Under the pieces are notes generated by a model that did not search any database, was not told the DNA's origin, and was given only the letters and a program-made list of their open reading frames with translations. Positions 28,345-41,110 of a stretch of DNA of 64,000 bases are shown here, piece after piece; the first letter of the stretch is position 1; each line of letters opens with the position of its first letter. The translations under genes were made by a program, and so were the position numbers. Location of the stretch: assembly GCA_951406725.2 (NCBI GenBank), contig OX597835.1:33542001-33606000 (forward strand), given 5' to 3'. Origin of the DNA: Octopus vulgaris (taxonomy: Eukaryota).

Positions 28345-29710
28345 CCTCCAGCTGACACACTATAGTGCGTCAATAACCAGCTGGAGGTGTCCTCTTGAGG
28401 CTACAAGCTACAGTAGCATCCACCCTTAAGGGTGAACCACATTTAAATGGCAAATATACTTCACGATGTCGTGTATTATCTATTAGGTTATGCCTATGAA
28501 GACATCTGAGAGGTACGAGAATATTGACTGGTCTCGAAAGTTTTAAATCACTAGAATTGTTATAGATATGTATCTATTTAATGAAGTCAGATATAAAGCC
28601 AAGTGTTTAGTATACGACGATGAACATTAACGTCCGAGTAAAATGAGTCGTTTTAAATGGGTTTACCAACGCAATTCAGGTACAATTCAAGTACAAAATG
28701 CTGATATTTCAGCCTCGAAACAGATATTAAAATGAATTGGCCGGTAGTGCCATTTTGTTTGGTAGATGAGCTGATCAAATAAAAAGATAAATTGATATCA
28801 GAATTAAAATAATTATCTCCGTTTCTTTTTTAACATATCGTTCGTTGAAACAAATCAAACCCAATATTTTTTAATTGTTTTATTTATGTTCATATTTTTA
28901 ATTAATCAGTATTTAAATCATAGTTGTTGTATCATGTGTTAGTTCTTTCTGTTTTAATTTTCGAAACAAAAAATAACAGACATATTTTAATTGACTTTGT
29001 TTTAGTATGTTTTATTGCATTCGATTATAGATTATGTGGAAAATTACGAGGATGAGAGAAAGAGAGAGAAAATTGAATGAGCGATAGTTGGACGAAAAAA
29101 GAGAGAGATCCATAGAGTGAGAGAGAGAGAGGTTTGCCTTGAAACAACCCTGTTTTTGGAGACTGTAATTAAATCTAAACGGAAATATATGGGAAAAGAA
29201 CACGCCTGGTAGGCATTCTTCAGCTGAAATAAAATTAACTCGAAATTTTAGATTGAGAAATAAAATACGAAATGAGCAACAGCATGAGAATAAAACAAAA
29301 AATTACACAATCAGCTAAAAAATTACAACCGTAACTGAATGAATGAGTCAATTTGAAAATAAACAAATAAATGAATAAACAATATACCAAATGCACTAAA
29401 AACAAAAAAAACTACAATTCTGTTGGAATTCAATTAAAATGTGAAACGAGAAGGAAGTTATAAAAAAAGCGGATGTTTTATAAAATTGTATTAGTTACCA
29501 GCAATAACTAAATTCAACGAAAGAAAAATAAAACACGAGAAAATATAACAAACAGACGGTTCAACATTGAAATAGATAACAATACAATGGCGAATGTATT
29601 TGATTTTTTTTTTTTTCGAAAATCAATTATATAACAATTTGTTACACTTGATTAATACACCTGGAAGTCATTGACGCACATCATATATGTATATATATAT
29701 ATATATATAT

Positions 29711-29791
<81 letters not shown>

Positions 29792-29829
29792 GTCTATATA
29801 TAAATATATATATATATATGTATATATAT

Positions 29830-29871
<42 letters not shown>

Positions 29872-30344
29872 GTACATACAAACATATATATATATATACA
29901 TATACATATATGTGTGCCTGTGTGTATGTACGAATCGAATGTATGCTCACATACATATATATGTATGTATGTATATGTATATACATATATGTTGGTGTAT
30001 ATATATATATATATATACTGTGTACGTGTGTAAAGTATTTAAAACCTAAAGTATTTAAACTTTAGGTTTTCAATCCCTTCATTGTTTAACTTTTAACAAA
30101 TACGAATACGCCATTTTATTCTCTTCGTACGCAGAAAGAATAATTGCAGATTGTCTTGACACGGTTCACAGCTCGTTGGCTCCTTCACCATAAGACTCCG
30201 TCCTCTCTTCCCACGAAGAGAACTTAAATAGCAAATAGCTATTTAACTCAAACAAATCAAAACTTAGTCGTATTGTCTAGACAAATGTGCGTATCATAAT
30301 TTTTTCGGCTGTGTAATTACACAATATTTTATTATTTTTACTAT

Positions 30345-30530
30345 AGACGCAAGGCCTAAAATTTTCGGAGAGGAAACTAGTCGATTATATCGACAGTTCT
30401 TGTTTTATCGGCCCCGAAATGATAATCAGTAAAGTCGACCTCGGCTACATTTGAAGTCACAACGTAACGAACCAGTGAAACCCTAAGTATTTAAACCGCT
30501 GTGTTAATGATTCTGCCAACTGGTCGCCTT
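30345..30530 (-). mobile_element. old SINE family B-like copy
   Basis: AAAGTCGACCTCGG..ATTTGAA..CTGCCAACTGGTCGCC. Confidence 0.6.
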
Positions 30531-30802
30531 ATTATTATCATATAATAAATATATACAACAGTATTTATTAGAGAACCGAAGATAGATAGAGCGGACATGA
30601 TACACATCTTTCAAGCCATTTCATTTAATTTCCGGGTTTTGTTTCAATTTAATAGACATCTTTCATTAGTTCTTTTCATAAGTAGAGGAACTTTTCCTCG
30701 GGGTAACGGGAAATGAACCGTGGAATATGGCACTACAATGACCTGTAAATTCATTTTATGCTTTATATATGTGTGTGTGTGTATGTATGTGTGTGTATGT
30801 GT

Positions 30803-30846
<44 letters not shown>

Positions 30847-31037
30847 CAGATCTGAAATGTAAAGGTGATATTTTTAAAGGAATAATCTTTTTTTTAATGT
30901 TATAGAATGTTTTATCAAGACGTTACTAACCATTTTGGGGGGAAAGTCTTTTTCCAAGTGTGTGAGCGCTTTCGATTAACCTTATGTTTGTGTGTGCGTG
31001 TGCGTGCGTATGTCCGTGTGTGTGTATGTATATATAT

Positions 31038-31096
<59 letters not shown>

Positions 31097-31100
<4 letters not shown>

Positions 31101-31375
31101 TTGAGTATGAGTCTGGTGACTCTGTGACTAAGAATTTGATTTGAGAAGATTGCATCCAACAATGAAACACGGTAGCTATTCGTGATGGTCTGGAGAACAA
31201 TTTGGAGCAATGGTTGTTCACAGCTAGTGTAGTGTGGGAGAAACATAAACACAGATAAATATGCGTCTCTATTGCTGAGTGGGCCTCTTCCAATCTTCTC
31301 CAGGGGTGAAATGATTAAAGAAGACTCTATTTATGGAAGATGGGGCTCCTTGTCAAACGTCTAAAATGACTCAAG
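31097..31375 (+). pseudogene. Tc1-like transposase fragment
   Basis: LHPTMKHGS / VMVWRTI / FMEDGAPCQTSKMTQ correspond to Tc1 PTVKHGGG, VMVWG and QDNAPCH motifs; frameshifted. Confidence 0.7.
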
Positions 31376-31439
31376 ATAGATAGATGGAAAGATAGATAGA
31401 TAGATATAGATATAGATATAGATATATGTATATATATAC

Positions 31440-31499
<60 letters not shown>

Positions 31500-31509
<10 letters not shown>

Positions 31510-31693
31510 GTGTGTTTGTCACCCCCTAAACTCGCTTGACAACCGATGCTGGTGTTCTTACGTCCCCATCATTTAGCGGTTCTGCAAGAGAGACCGATAG
31601 TATAAGTACTAGGCTTACAAAGAATAAAACGCGGGATCGATTTGCTCGACTAAAGGTGGTGCTTCAGCATGGCCGCAGTGAAATGACTAAAAC
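31500..31693 (+). mobile_element. SINE family A, 3' half
   Basis: Similarity to family A tail. Confidence 0.85.
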
Positions 31694-31694
31694 A

Positions 31695-31749
<55 letters not shown>

Positions 31750-31751
<2 letters not shown>

Positions 31752-33582
31752 AGATTGATTGATTGATTCTAGTTTCAGCTCACGAGCTGTGGCCATGCTG
31801 GGGCACCGCCATTTGGTGTTGCTACATGGTTTTACTTCACGGATGCTTTTTAGCAACTGTCATTTGGTGCATGAGAGAGTTCGATGCAGCTGCCCTCATC
31901 TGCATCTCCTGCCGTGAAGTTGGTTCATCTGGGATACCTGACAAGAAAAGATCCAGTTTCATTTTAAAGACATCTGCATCCACCCCGTGCAGGTCTCTTA
32001 GGTTCTTCGGGAGGATATTGAAGAGTTGTGGGCCTCGGAAGCCCAGGCTATCACAGTATCTTGTCCTACATCTTGATGGTAAATTTGGAGTCCTAGGCAC
32101 CAAGCAATGGCGCCCAGTTCTGGCATTTGTGTAACTCTCGATGCCAAAGTTTGGGACAAGTCCTTCCAGGATCTTCCAGATGTATATTATGGCATATCTT
32201 TCTCGCCTACGCTCCAAGGAATAGAGTTTTAATCTCTTGAGTCTTTCCCAGTTGCTTATATTCTGCACAGAGGCTATTTTCTTCGTGTAGCTACGTTGGA
32301 TCGCCTCAAGTTCTGTGATCAACTTGACACTGGATGGGGACCATAGCTGAGAGCAATAGTCAAAGTGACTTAGGACAAGTGTCCTCCAGAGGACCATCAT
32401 GGTTTCTTGTTCTCTTGTTCTAAAGGTTCTGAGAATCCATCCGGCCAGTCGTCTACATTTCATTGTCAATTTAGCAACATGTACACGAAAGGTTGCGTCA
32501 TCACTCATGTAAATACCCAGGTCACGCACTGATTGTGCCTCCGGGATTGCAATTCCTCCGGGTCCAGTGTATTCATTGGGTATTGCATTTAGTTTTGCAT
32601 GCTGATAGCATAAAGCTTGAAACTTTTCAGCATTGAACTGCATGCTATTCTTTGCAGCCCACTTGTATATTTTGTCCAGCTCACATTGCAGGCGTTTAGT
32701 GTCCTCAGGGTTCTGTATTGCCTGTGAAACTTTTGTATCATCTGCATAACTTGTGATCGTGGCTCTCTGCGTGGCTGAGAGCATGTCTGAGAGGACCATT
32801 ATGAACAGTAGTGGTCCCAAAACAGTGCCCTGCAGAACACCGCTCACTATTTGCGTGTTAATGGAAGTGGCCCCCATTGGCTACTACCACCTGACTTCTA
32901 TCTTTCAGAAAGTCATGAAGCCATTCTCCCAGTTTTCCAACTATGCTAAGATCACGCAGTTTGTGACATATCATTCCATGATCGACTTTATCAAGGCCTT
33001 TGCAAAGTCGAGATATATCACTTCCACATTTGAGTGGTTGAGCAGTCGTTTCAGCACCCAGTCATAGTGTTGTAGGAGCTGAGTTAAGCAGCTTCTTCCT
33101 GGTCGGAAACCATATTGGGTGTCAGGCAGCAAGTCATTTTCTTCAAGGAAGGTGATCAGTTTTCTTCTGACTATTCGTTCCATGACCTTGCTGATGTGTG
33201 AGGTCAGAGAGATAGGTCTGTAGTTCTTGGCCTCCGCTCTGCTACCTCCTTTATGAATAGGGCATATTTTACCTTCCTTCAGTTTTCTTGGAAGTTTGCC
33301 AGCTGCAAGGAAGCTCTGAAAGAGGAACTGCAGTGGTCTTGCTAGGACTCTCTTACATACCTTTAGGAGGATTGCCGGGAATCCATCGGGGCCAGTAGCT
33401 GAGTCTGTTTTCATTTCATCTATAGCCTTTATTACATCGTCTTCCTTTATATCGATGTAATCTATCGTCTCCGCCTCTGATTTTATATCTGCAGTGGTAA
33501 AGAAGTCAGTTGGATTGGTGATTTGGAAATGCCCAAGGAGTGGAGTGAAAACACTCTTGAATTGCTCATTCAGTATTTCACT

Positions 33583-33583
<1 letters not shown>
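31750..33583 (-). mobile_element. 5'-truncated LINE (CR1/L2 group) with intact 3' end and (AATC)n tail
   Basis: RT-coding frames, short 3' UTR with stem-loop and tetranucleotide tail; 5' break at a (TA)n tract. Confidence 0.9.
31837..33583 (-). pseudogene. LINE ORF2 reverse transcriptase (frameshifted)
   Basis: SATGPDGF, KNYRPISLTS, QYGFRPGRSC, YLDFAKA, GVLQGTVLGPLLF, YADD, RDLG, FDYCSQLWSP, SLERRRER; split across ORFs 32971-33702 and 31837-32877. Confidence 0.93.
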
Positions 33584-33630
<47 letters not shown>

Positions 33631-33649
33631 TGTATGTATGTATGTATAT

Positions 33650-34232
33650 ACAAAATGGGACAAGAACGCATAACATCCAGATAGACGATACAAAGGAATC
33701 AAGGACGAGTCATTCGGAGTTTTCCTTCTTCAGTTTAGTTCCTGAATACGTTTGCAATTTCGGCTGGTTATACTCGAGATTCCTCCAATCTGGCCAGACC
33801 CAAAGAAAACTAAGCTAAGAGAATTATATTCCTTGGAAGAAAGCAGCGATTGCATACGAATAGAAGGACGGAAAAAAGACAGAGATGGTTACACAAATAC
33901 AAATAACAGGATATAACAACAGGTGTCTTTCAGCTAAGGATGAATTAAATTAAGCTGGCGAGTGTGGACGTAATGCCTTACGGCAGGGATACAAGATTTC
34001 ACAGGCACAGGGAAGAATACAGAAGCTGTACGGACAGCGGCGGAACCAAAAAAGAAAGGTCAGGCTTGGCTGAACACCGGTGACTTGGGGAGAGAAAAGA
34101 GAGTGCTAGAGGCAAAGGGACAGAATGCAATAAGCGTGAAAGGGCTGATAGAAAGAAGGAAAGAATAAAAGAATAGAGTCGTACAAGATTTAGATAAATA
34201 TACACTTACATATAAGAGACAGACCAAAGTGT
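33650..34232 (-). mobile_element. PLE-like terminal repeat family P1, copy 2
   Basis: Tandem with 34285-34685; homologous to 11484-11671. Confidence 0.65.
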
Positions 34233-34242
34233 ACATACACCG

Positions 34243-34284
<42 letters not shown>

Positions 34285-34287
<3 letters not shown>

Positions 34288-35680
34288 AAATGGGACAAGA
34301 AAGCAAAAAATCCAGACAGTTAGGTGATACAAGAAAGGGATAACAAACATCCAGATAGACGATACAAAGATACAAAGAAGAAAAGGATGGGTTATTCGGA
34401 GTTTTCTTTCCGCAGTCGAGTTTCAGATTATCTTTGCAATTTCGGCTGGTTATTAGATTGCTCTAATCTGGCTGGCCCCTAGGAAAAACTAAGTTAAGAT
34501 AATCATATTCCTTGGAAGAAAGCAACGAATGAATACGAAAACAAGGACGGAAGCACAAACGGAGAAGGTTACACAAATACAAATAACAGGACATAACAAC
34601 AGGTGTGTTTCGACTAAAGACGAATTAAATTAAGCTGGCGTCTGTGGAAGTAAAGCCTTACGGCAGGTATACACGATTTCACAAGAAAAACAGATTAAAA
34701 AATCCTGGCAAATATCAAGTAAGCACTCAGTATAAGGGAATAAGGTTAAGTTTCCAACAAGTAGATACCAGTAAATGTAAGTAGAATAGTAATCCCAGGC
34801 AAATCATTGTGTATGGCAGATACATCCAATAATCCTTAGGCAGAACTTTAAGAATTTCAGAGTAGTAAAACAATGAATCATAAGTACGAAGAAAATCATA
34901 ACTCTATTTTACATTACACCTTAAAAATAAAACGTAGAATTCCAGTCTGTAATTATCCACCGAGTTTATCAAGATTTATATACATTATTGATTATAGTAA
35001 ATTTTCTATTATATAATAATCTTAATTCATATAAAAGGGCATAATGTAAAAATAAATAGATATTTAATTATCTTATCCGTTATATTTATTCTTTATTTAT
35101 CCAGCGTAGTCATTAATAATTGTATATATTATTATTTATTATAACTTTTCAACTATTATATAATAAGGTTAATTCTTGCATAAGAGTTTATTATAAAGAA
35201 TAAATAGATATTCCTTTATCTTTTCTGTAATTTTTATTTTTTGATTATACAGTGAGATCCTTGGTGATTGGATAGTATATTTTGAATTTAATAATTCTTC
35301 AGTTATTATAAAATAAGGTTAATTTTTATAGAAGGGTTTATTACGGTAAATAAATAAATAGGTAATTTATTATTGCGACGTAAAGTATATAAGTTTCTAT
35401 TAACCTTTACATAAAATTATTTTCTGTAGTTTTTATTCTTTATTAAACATAACGTAGAATTCTTGTCTGCAGTTTTTGTTAATTAGTTATTCAATAAAGT
35501 CGCTCTTGGTTGAATAAATGAATGCCTAAAATTAAATTTGCTTTGGCGTTTCTTTTTGTTAGCGTTTTTAACAACTAAGATATTTTCAGATGTTTAGTTA
35601 AAATTTTACCTATATGGATTACCTTGATAATAATGTTGACAAATTTTCGTACATGTTGCTATTAACTTTAGTAATATTAT
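34285..35680 (-). mobile_element. PLE-like terminal repeat family P1, copy 3, with long AT-rich upstream region
   Basis: 34285-34685 duplicates 33650-34003; extent beyond 34685 is uncertain. Confidence 0.5.
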
Positions 35681-35707
35681 GTACATATATATGTGTGTGT
35701 ATGAATG

Positions 35708-35755
<48 letters not shown>

Positions 35756-35862
35756 GGTATATATTACTGCAATTCAAACAATTCTTGGATTTTTAAAGTG
35801 TTATCTAAAAGAAAGATATGATTTTCTTCGTATGTATATGTACACATATATGTGTGTGTGCA

Positions 35863-35899
<37 letters not shown>

Positions 35900-36039
35900 A
35901 GTAATATATAAATATATGCATATATACATACATATATGTACATAACTACATATATATGTATATATACATGCATATATGGGTACAGGAATCAAAAAGATGT
36001 AGACACAATGAGAAACGAAAACATAAAAATGGGCTGGGC

Positions 36040-36203
36040 CGGTGTGTTTACGTCTCCGTAACTTAATGATTCGGCAAAAGGTAACGACAAAATAAGTACT
36101 AGGCTTACAAAGAATAAGTCCTGGGGTTAATTTGATCGACTAAAGGCGGTGCTCCAACATAGCCGCAGTCAAATTCCTGAAACAAGTAAAAGAATAAAAG
36201 AAT
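36040..36203 (+). mobile_element. SINE family A, 3' fragment
   Basis: Similarity to family A tail. Confidence 0.85.
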
Positions 36204-37287
36204 ATATATATACATACATATATATATGTTTCATACCTTCTGAGTAATATAAAGCTCATAGTTACACTGGTAGTTGAAAACAATTGAAAATGTGTGTTTT
36301 ATATATGATGCATTGACCTCTCAGATATACGTTCTGTGAATCATACGATACAAAGGGTTAAAGCCAGAATGTACAAGCCTGAAAATAAACACCACCGTAA
36401 AATCATTTAATTGAGTGTTTTACCATTTCAATCCTTCAGTAACATATCGAAGGAACTCTCAGTAATTTAATCAAAGAAATTCACTCCAGTAAATACATTT
36501 AGTGAAGTACTTCATCAACGTATTCTCATTGATTAGTTGGTCATTTTACCTCAACATTTTCTAACGATGAAAATTTTACAGTTAATTGAATACATGAAGC
36601 ACAAAGTAAAACAGCTTTGAAGTTACATTGGACGCCTTCTCATGTATGTATTCATTACACTGGATCAAGTTGTTGTGATTATTGTTGTCCCTGTTACTGG
36701 TACTAATTTTGTTCTTGTTGTTGTTGTTACTACTATTCTTGTTATTGCCTCTGCTAGTGATGTTCCTGATGTTTAATTACTGATGTTGTTCTTAATATTG
36801 GTGTTGTTGTTGTTGCTGCTCTTCTGCTTGTTATTTTTATTAATGTTATTAAGTGTTGTTGCTTTTATCACTGTTGCAGCTTTAGATTCTTTTGTTGTTG
36901 ATGCTACTGTTGTTTCCGCTGTTGTTAATACAATTAATCGTTACGCTGAGGCCGAAGTATTCCTTCATCATTTAGCTAATTTGTATTATTGTTGTTATTG
37001 CTGCTTGTTTGCTGTTGTTGTTCTCGTTAGAGCTACAGCAGTTTTGATATTGCTGCTACTGTTGCTGCAGTTGCTGCTTTTGTTATGGTTCTTGTTGATG
37101 ATGTTATGTTCGCTGTTCATACACCAAAGCGTTTCTCTCTATTTCTATAGATTCTGATGTTCTGTTCAACAAGCCGAGTCACAATAATATAGATCAGTGC
37201 TCCCAAGTATCACTGGTTCGTATACTGCCACCGCTACTGTACTGCAGTGTCTGTAACTAAGATTCTCTCTAACGATAGTTTGTCTTC

Positions 37288-37498
37288 GAGCTGGCAGAAT
37301 TGTTAGCAAGCTGGGCAAAATGCGTAGCCGTATTTCGTCTGCCGTTACGTTCTGAGTTCAAATTCCGCCGAGGTCGACTTTACCTTTCACCCTTTCAGGG
37401 GCGATAAATTAAGTATCAGTTACGCACTGGGGTCGATGTAGTCGACTTAATCCGTTTGTCCCCTCTGTATTTAGCCCCTTGTGGGTAGTAAAGAAATA
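37288..37498 (+). mobile_element. SINE family B
   Basis: Near full-length match to family B. Confidence 0.9.
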
Positions 37499-37779
37499 TT
37501 TTGGTGGCAAATATGGTAATGTTTTTAGCAATGGTGAAGATGAGAGAGAGATTGTGTGGTGAAGATGAGTCATTGACCTGATTCCATTGTCATCAAAGAT
37601 GGATAAAACCACAGAAGTAATTTGCTTGGCCAAATTTTAGAGAATAAAACAAAGAGTTTCATTGCTTGATAGCTTAGGTATATATTCTGTGGTGAAAAGT
37701 AATTAGAGGAGTTGGTAAGTAGAATTAAGTGCGAACTCTGAGGAGATGATAGGTAGTAGAATTTAACAGTCATTTAGTT

Positions 37780-38235
37780 TAACAACAACAACAACAACAC
37801 TTTCATCACCATCATTACTTCCATCACAAACTTCACCAACATCACCAGCATCAGCACCATCAAAAACAGAGTCAGCACCACCGCTTCCAACACCAACATC
37901 ACCAACAACACCATCGTCACCACCTTCAACACCACAATCCTCACTAAAAATTTCATAACCATCCCCAGAACTATCATCGCGACCGTCACCACCGCCACCA
38001 ACACCACCACCGCCGCCGCTGCCACACCACCACCGCCGCCGGCAATGTCATCACCACCGCTACCAACACGAACGGCACCAACAACACTATCACCACAACC
38101 ACCATCACCACAAACACCACCACCAACACCACCACAAACACCACCACCAACACCACCACCAACACCACCACCAACACCACCACAAACATCACCATCAAAA
38201 CCACCTCCTCCACCACAACCACTGTCACCACCATC
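37780..38235. repeat. degenerate (ACC/AAC)n repeat with 12-bp higher-order unit
   Basis: ACCACCAACACC repeats. Confidence 0.9.
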
Positions 38236-38260
38236 TTTATTATTTTCCACCATTTTTTTT

Positions 38261-38485
38261 TCACTACCCACAAGGGGCTAAACATAGAGGGGACAAACAA
38301 GGACAGACAAAGGGATTAAGTCGATTACATCGACCCCAGTGGGAAACTGGTACTTTATTTATCGACCCCGAAAGGATGAAAGGTAAAGTCGACCTCGGCG
38401 GAATTTGAACTCAGAACGTAACGACAGACGAAATACGGCTACGCATTTCGCCCGGCGCGCTAATGTTTCTGCCAGATCGCCGCCT
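38261..38485 (-). mobile_element. SINE family B
   Basis: Full-length reverse-complement match. Confidence 0.9.
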
Positions 38486-38679
38486 TTCCAACATTAGTAA
38501 AGTACATTTGTCAGAATATTTTACTCCTTTCTCAATATTCTCAACGATTCTCTAAAACTTTCTTGAAAATTTCTATTCTTCCTCCCATAAACATAAAAAT
38601 GAAAAAAATCCATTTTATATTTTTTTGTGATTTTGGCAAAATTTCAGCAATTTCTGGGCGAGCAATTTTGGCAAATCGA

Positions 38680-39366
38680 TTTCATCGACAGCAGTGTCCA
38701 ACTGGTTATTATTTCATCGATCCTGAAGAAGATAAATAAATGTAAAGTCGAACTGGACGGAATTTAAATTCTGATTCGAAAGAACCGGTAGAAATACGTA
38801 CTTCTTTATTACCCACTAGGGGCTAAACATAGAGGGGAGAAACAAGGGCAGACATAGGTATTAAGTCGATTACATCGAACCCAGTGCGTAACTGGTACTT
38901 AATTTATTGACCCCGAAAGGATGAAAGGCAAAGTCGACCCTGGCGGAATTTGAATTCACAACGTAACGGCAGCCGAAATACCGCTAAGCATTTGTTCCGA
39001 CGGTGCAAACCATGTATCCGAATCCATTTGAGGACATTTCTTTCCAATTTTGGTACAAGACCACCAAATTTCGGCGATGGGGTAGGGCTATGACGCGATT
39101 CTAGAGCTCAGCTGGGACCGATTCTATCGATGGGATGGAATGAAAAGCAGCATTGATTTCGGTGATATTTGAACTCGGAACGTAATGATTCAGAAGAAAT
39201 ACTGCCAAGCATTTTTTCCGAGGCACTAAGGATTCTTATTTCTTTATTGCCCACAAGGGGCTAAACAAAGACAAACAAAGGGATTACGTCGATTACATCG
39301 ACCCCAGTGCGTAACTGGTACTTTATTTATTGACCCCGAAAGGTTGAAAGGCAAAGTCGACCTCAC
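38680..39366 (-). mobile_element. cluster of nested family B copies (younger: 38800-38995, 39237-39366; older flanking copies)
   Basis: Repeated AAAGTCGAC...GGAATTT motifs at differing divergence. Confidence 0.8.
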
Positions 39367-39375
39367 AGGAATAAG

Positions 39376-39410
<35 letters not shown>

Positions 39411-39772
39411 GTGTGTGCGTATGTGTGTGTGTGTGCGTACGTGTGTGTGTGTATATGTGTGTGTGTGTATGTGTGTGTGTGTGTATGTATGCATGCATGT
39501 ATGTATGTATGTATGTGTCTGTATGTATATGTATATACATAGGAAGAAAGTGAGCTTCAAGTAATCCGTAGAAAATATTTTTAAAATACTTTCAGGAACA
39601 ATAGAGGCTTATTGGTGCTGAAGGTTGTGACTGTGTTCTGAATCGGAGTACAATAAGCTGCAAAAAATTATTTTATAGTTCACGGTTGGCAATCAGGGTT
39701 GCCGAATATGCGAATCAAAATCCAAAAGTTAAGGAATGGAGTAGATAAAATCCGGACTACATATGTATATAA

Positions 39773-39975
39773 GCCAAATAAGCAACAAGGATATCCAAGG
39801 TAGAGTAGTACAATTGTTTCATCCTACTTCATTTTATTAAACACTTCTACCTTGGATATCCTTGTTGCTTATTTGGATTTTAATCACCCCATTTGATTTA
39901 TATGGATAATATCATACAAAATTCTGGTTCCTTTAACTTAAGTACCATATTCATCTGAATCTAAATTTTGCTGAA
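39773..39975. mobile_element. head-to-head palindrome of PLE-like terminus related to family P2
   Basis: CCAAATAAGCAACAAGGATATCCAAGGTAGA / TCTACCTTGGATATCCTTGTTGCTTATTTGG; tail CTTAAGTACCATATTCATCTGAA shared with 20602-20624. Confidence 0.75.
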
Positions 39976-40079
39976 CTTATACATATATATGGAGAATTTA
40001 CGAAAAAAACAAAAGACGAAGACAAGTGGTGTACAAAACAAACAGATTTATTAGTATAAGGCTCGGGAATAGAAGAAGT

Positions 40080-40115
40080 CTTTTACGTTTCGAGCCTACG
40101 CTTTTCTACAGAAAG
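40080..40115 (-). ncRNA. minimal hammerhead-like motif, CUGUAGA core variant (in repeat 39991-40186)
   Basis: CTTT-CTGTAGA-A-AAG-CGTAGG-CTC-GAAA-CG-TA^AAAG. Confidence 0.5.
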
Positions 40116-40182
40116 GGACACAGAAAAAACAAGGAGAGAAAAAATGTGTGTTGTGGCTAACGATCTATCATGGCGCTGACTC

Positions 40183-40226
<44 letters not shown>

Positions 40227-40357
40227 GTATTTTTCTAGAATTGTAATACGTCATTTTAATATGTCCCTTTTATGTTTTATTATCCCAAAATTTTAATTAT
40301 ACCAATGTTTTATAACTTTAAGCGTAACTTCACTGTGTTTTGTATGTAATACTGATT

Positions 40358-40399
<42 letters not shown>

Positions 40400-40865
40400 A
40401 CAATATTAATGAATGGCCTTGATAGGCCATTCGACCCACTAGAAAGAGCAGCTAAACTCAAACCGCTAAATAGTTGTAATTCAGAAACCAAAGGAAAATA
40501 AAAACATTTACACTTATCATCTTTGAATTTGCATAGTTTCGACATACATATTGGCAAACCGATTTAATTAAATTAAATTAAATCTATTTGCCACTGGCCT
40601 GTCTCGTCAGCAAAGAAGCCAGGGAAATATATATCCACGAGGCGACAGCATCGAGGCCTCGAGAATATATATTCTAAATTTTCAAAATCTACCGTCACCG
40701 CGCCAACTTCTCAGAGCAGCAAATATAAACCGCGGATTTAATTTCAGAATTAACCAAAAGATCATTAATTAATCAATATCCTGATATTAATTAATCAATA
40801 TCCTGATACTGATAAATATATATATATATATATATACAATAATATGTTACTTTACTCGGCAGTCA

Positions 40866-40928
40866 AGATAAAACTCTGAGTTTCAGATGCCGAAGTGGAA
40901 ATCCACAACACCATCTCTTCGGTTATCT
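40866..40928 (-). ncRNA. type I hammerhead motif, U4C variant, downstream of the PLE ORF
   Basis: AGATAA-CCGAAGA-GATG...CATC-T-GAAA-CTC-A-GAG-TT^TTATCT. Confidence 0.7.
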
Positions 40929-41110
40929 GGCTATTTGAAAACGCTATGAAAAAATACCGTTAAATAAAGGGAAATTACTGTGTTATAACTCTGCTTGCCT
41001 GCGTACTTATATATCGCTCGTATTTTTCGTCATAAAAATTATATAAAAATACATAAAAAATATATAAAAATATATAAAATCTTCTTGGGACATAACATAG
41101 AAAGCATGTT

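Noticed and set aside
37774-38300. Gly-rich or Pro-rich (extensin-like) ORFs
   Set aside because: (ACC)n repeat; ORF ends lie in a SINE
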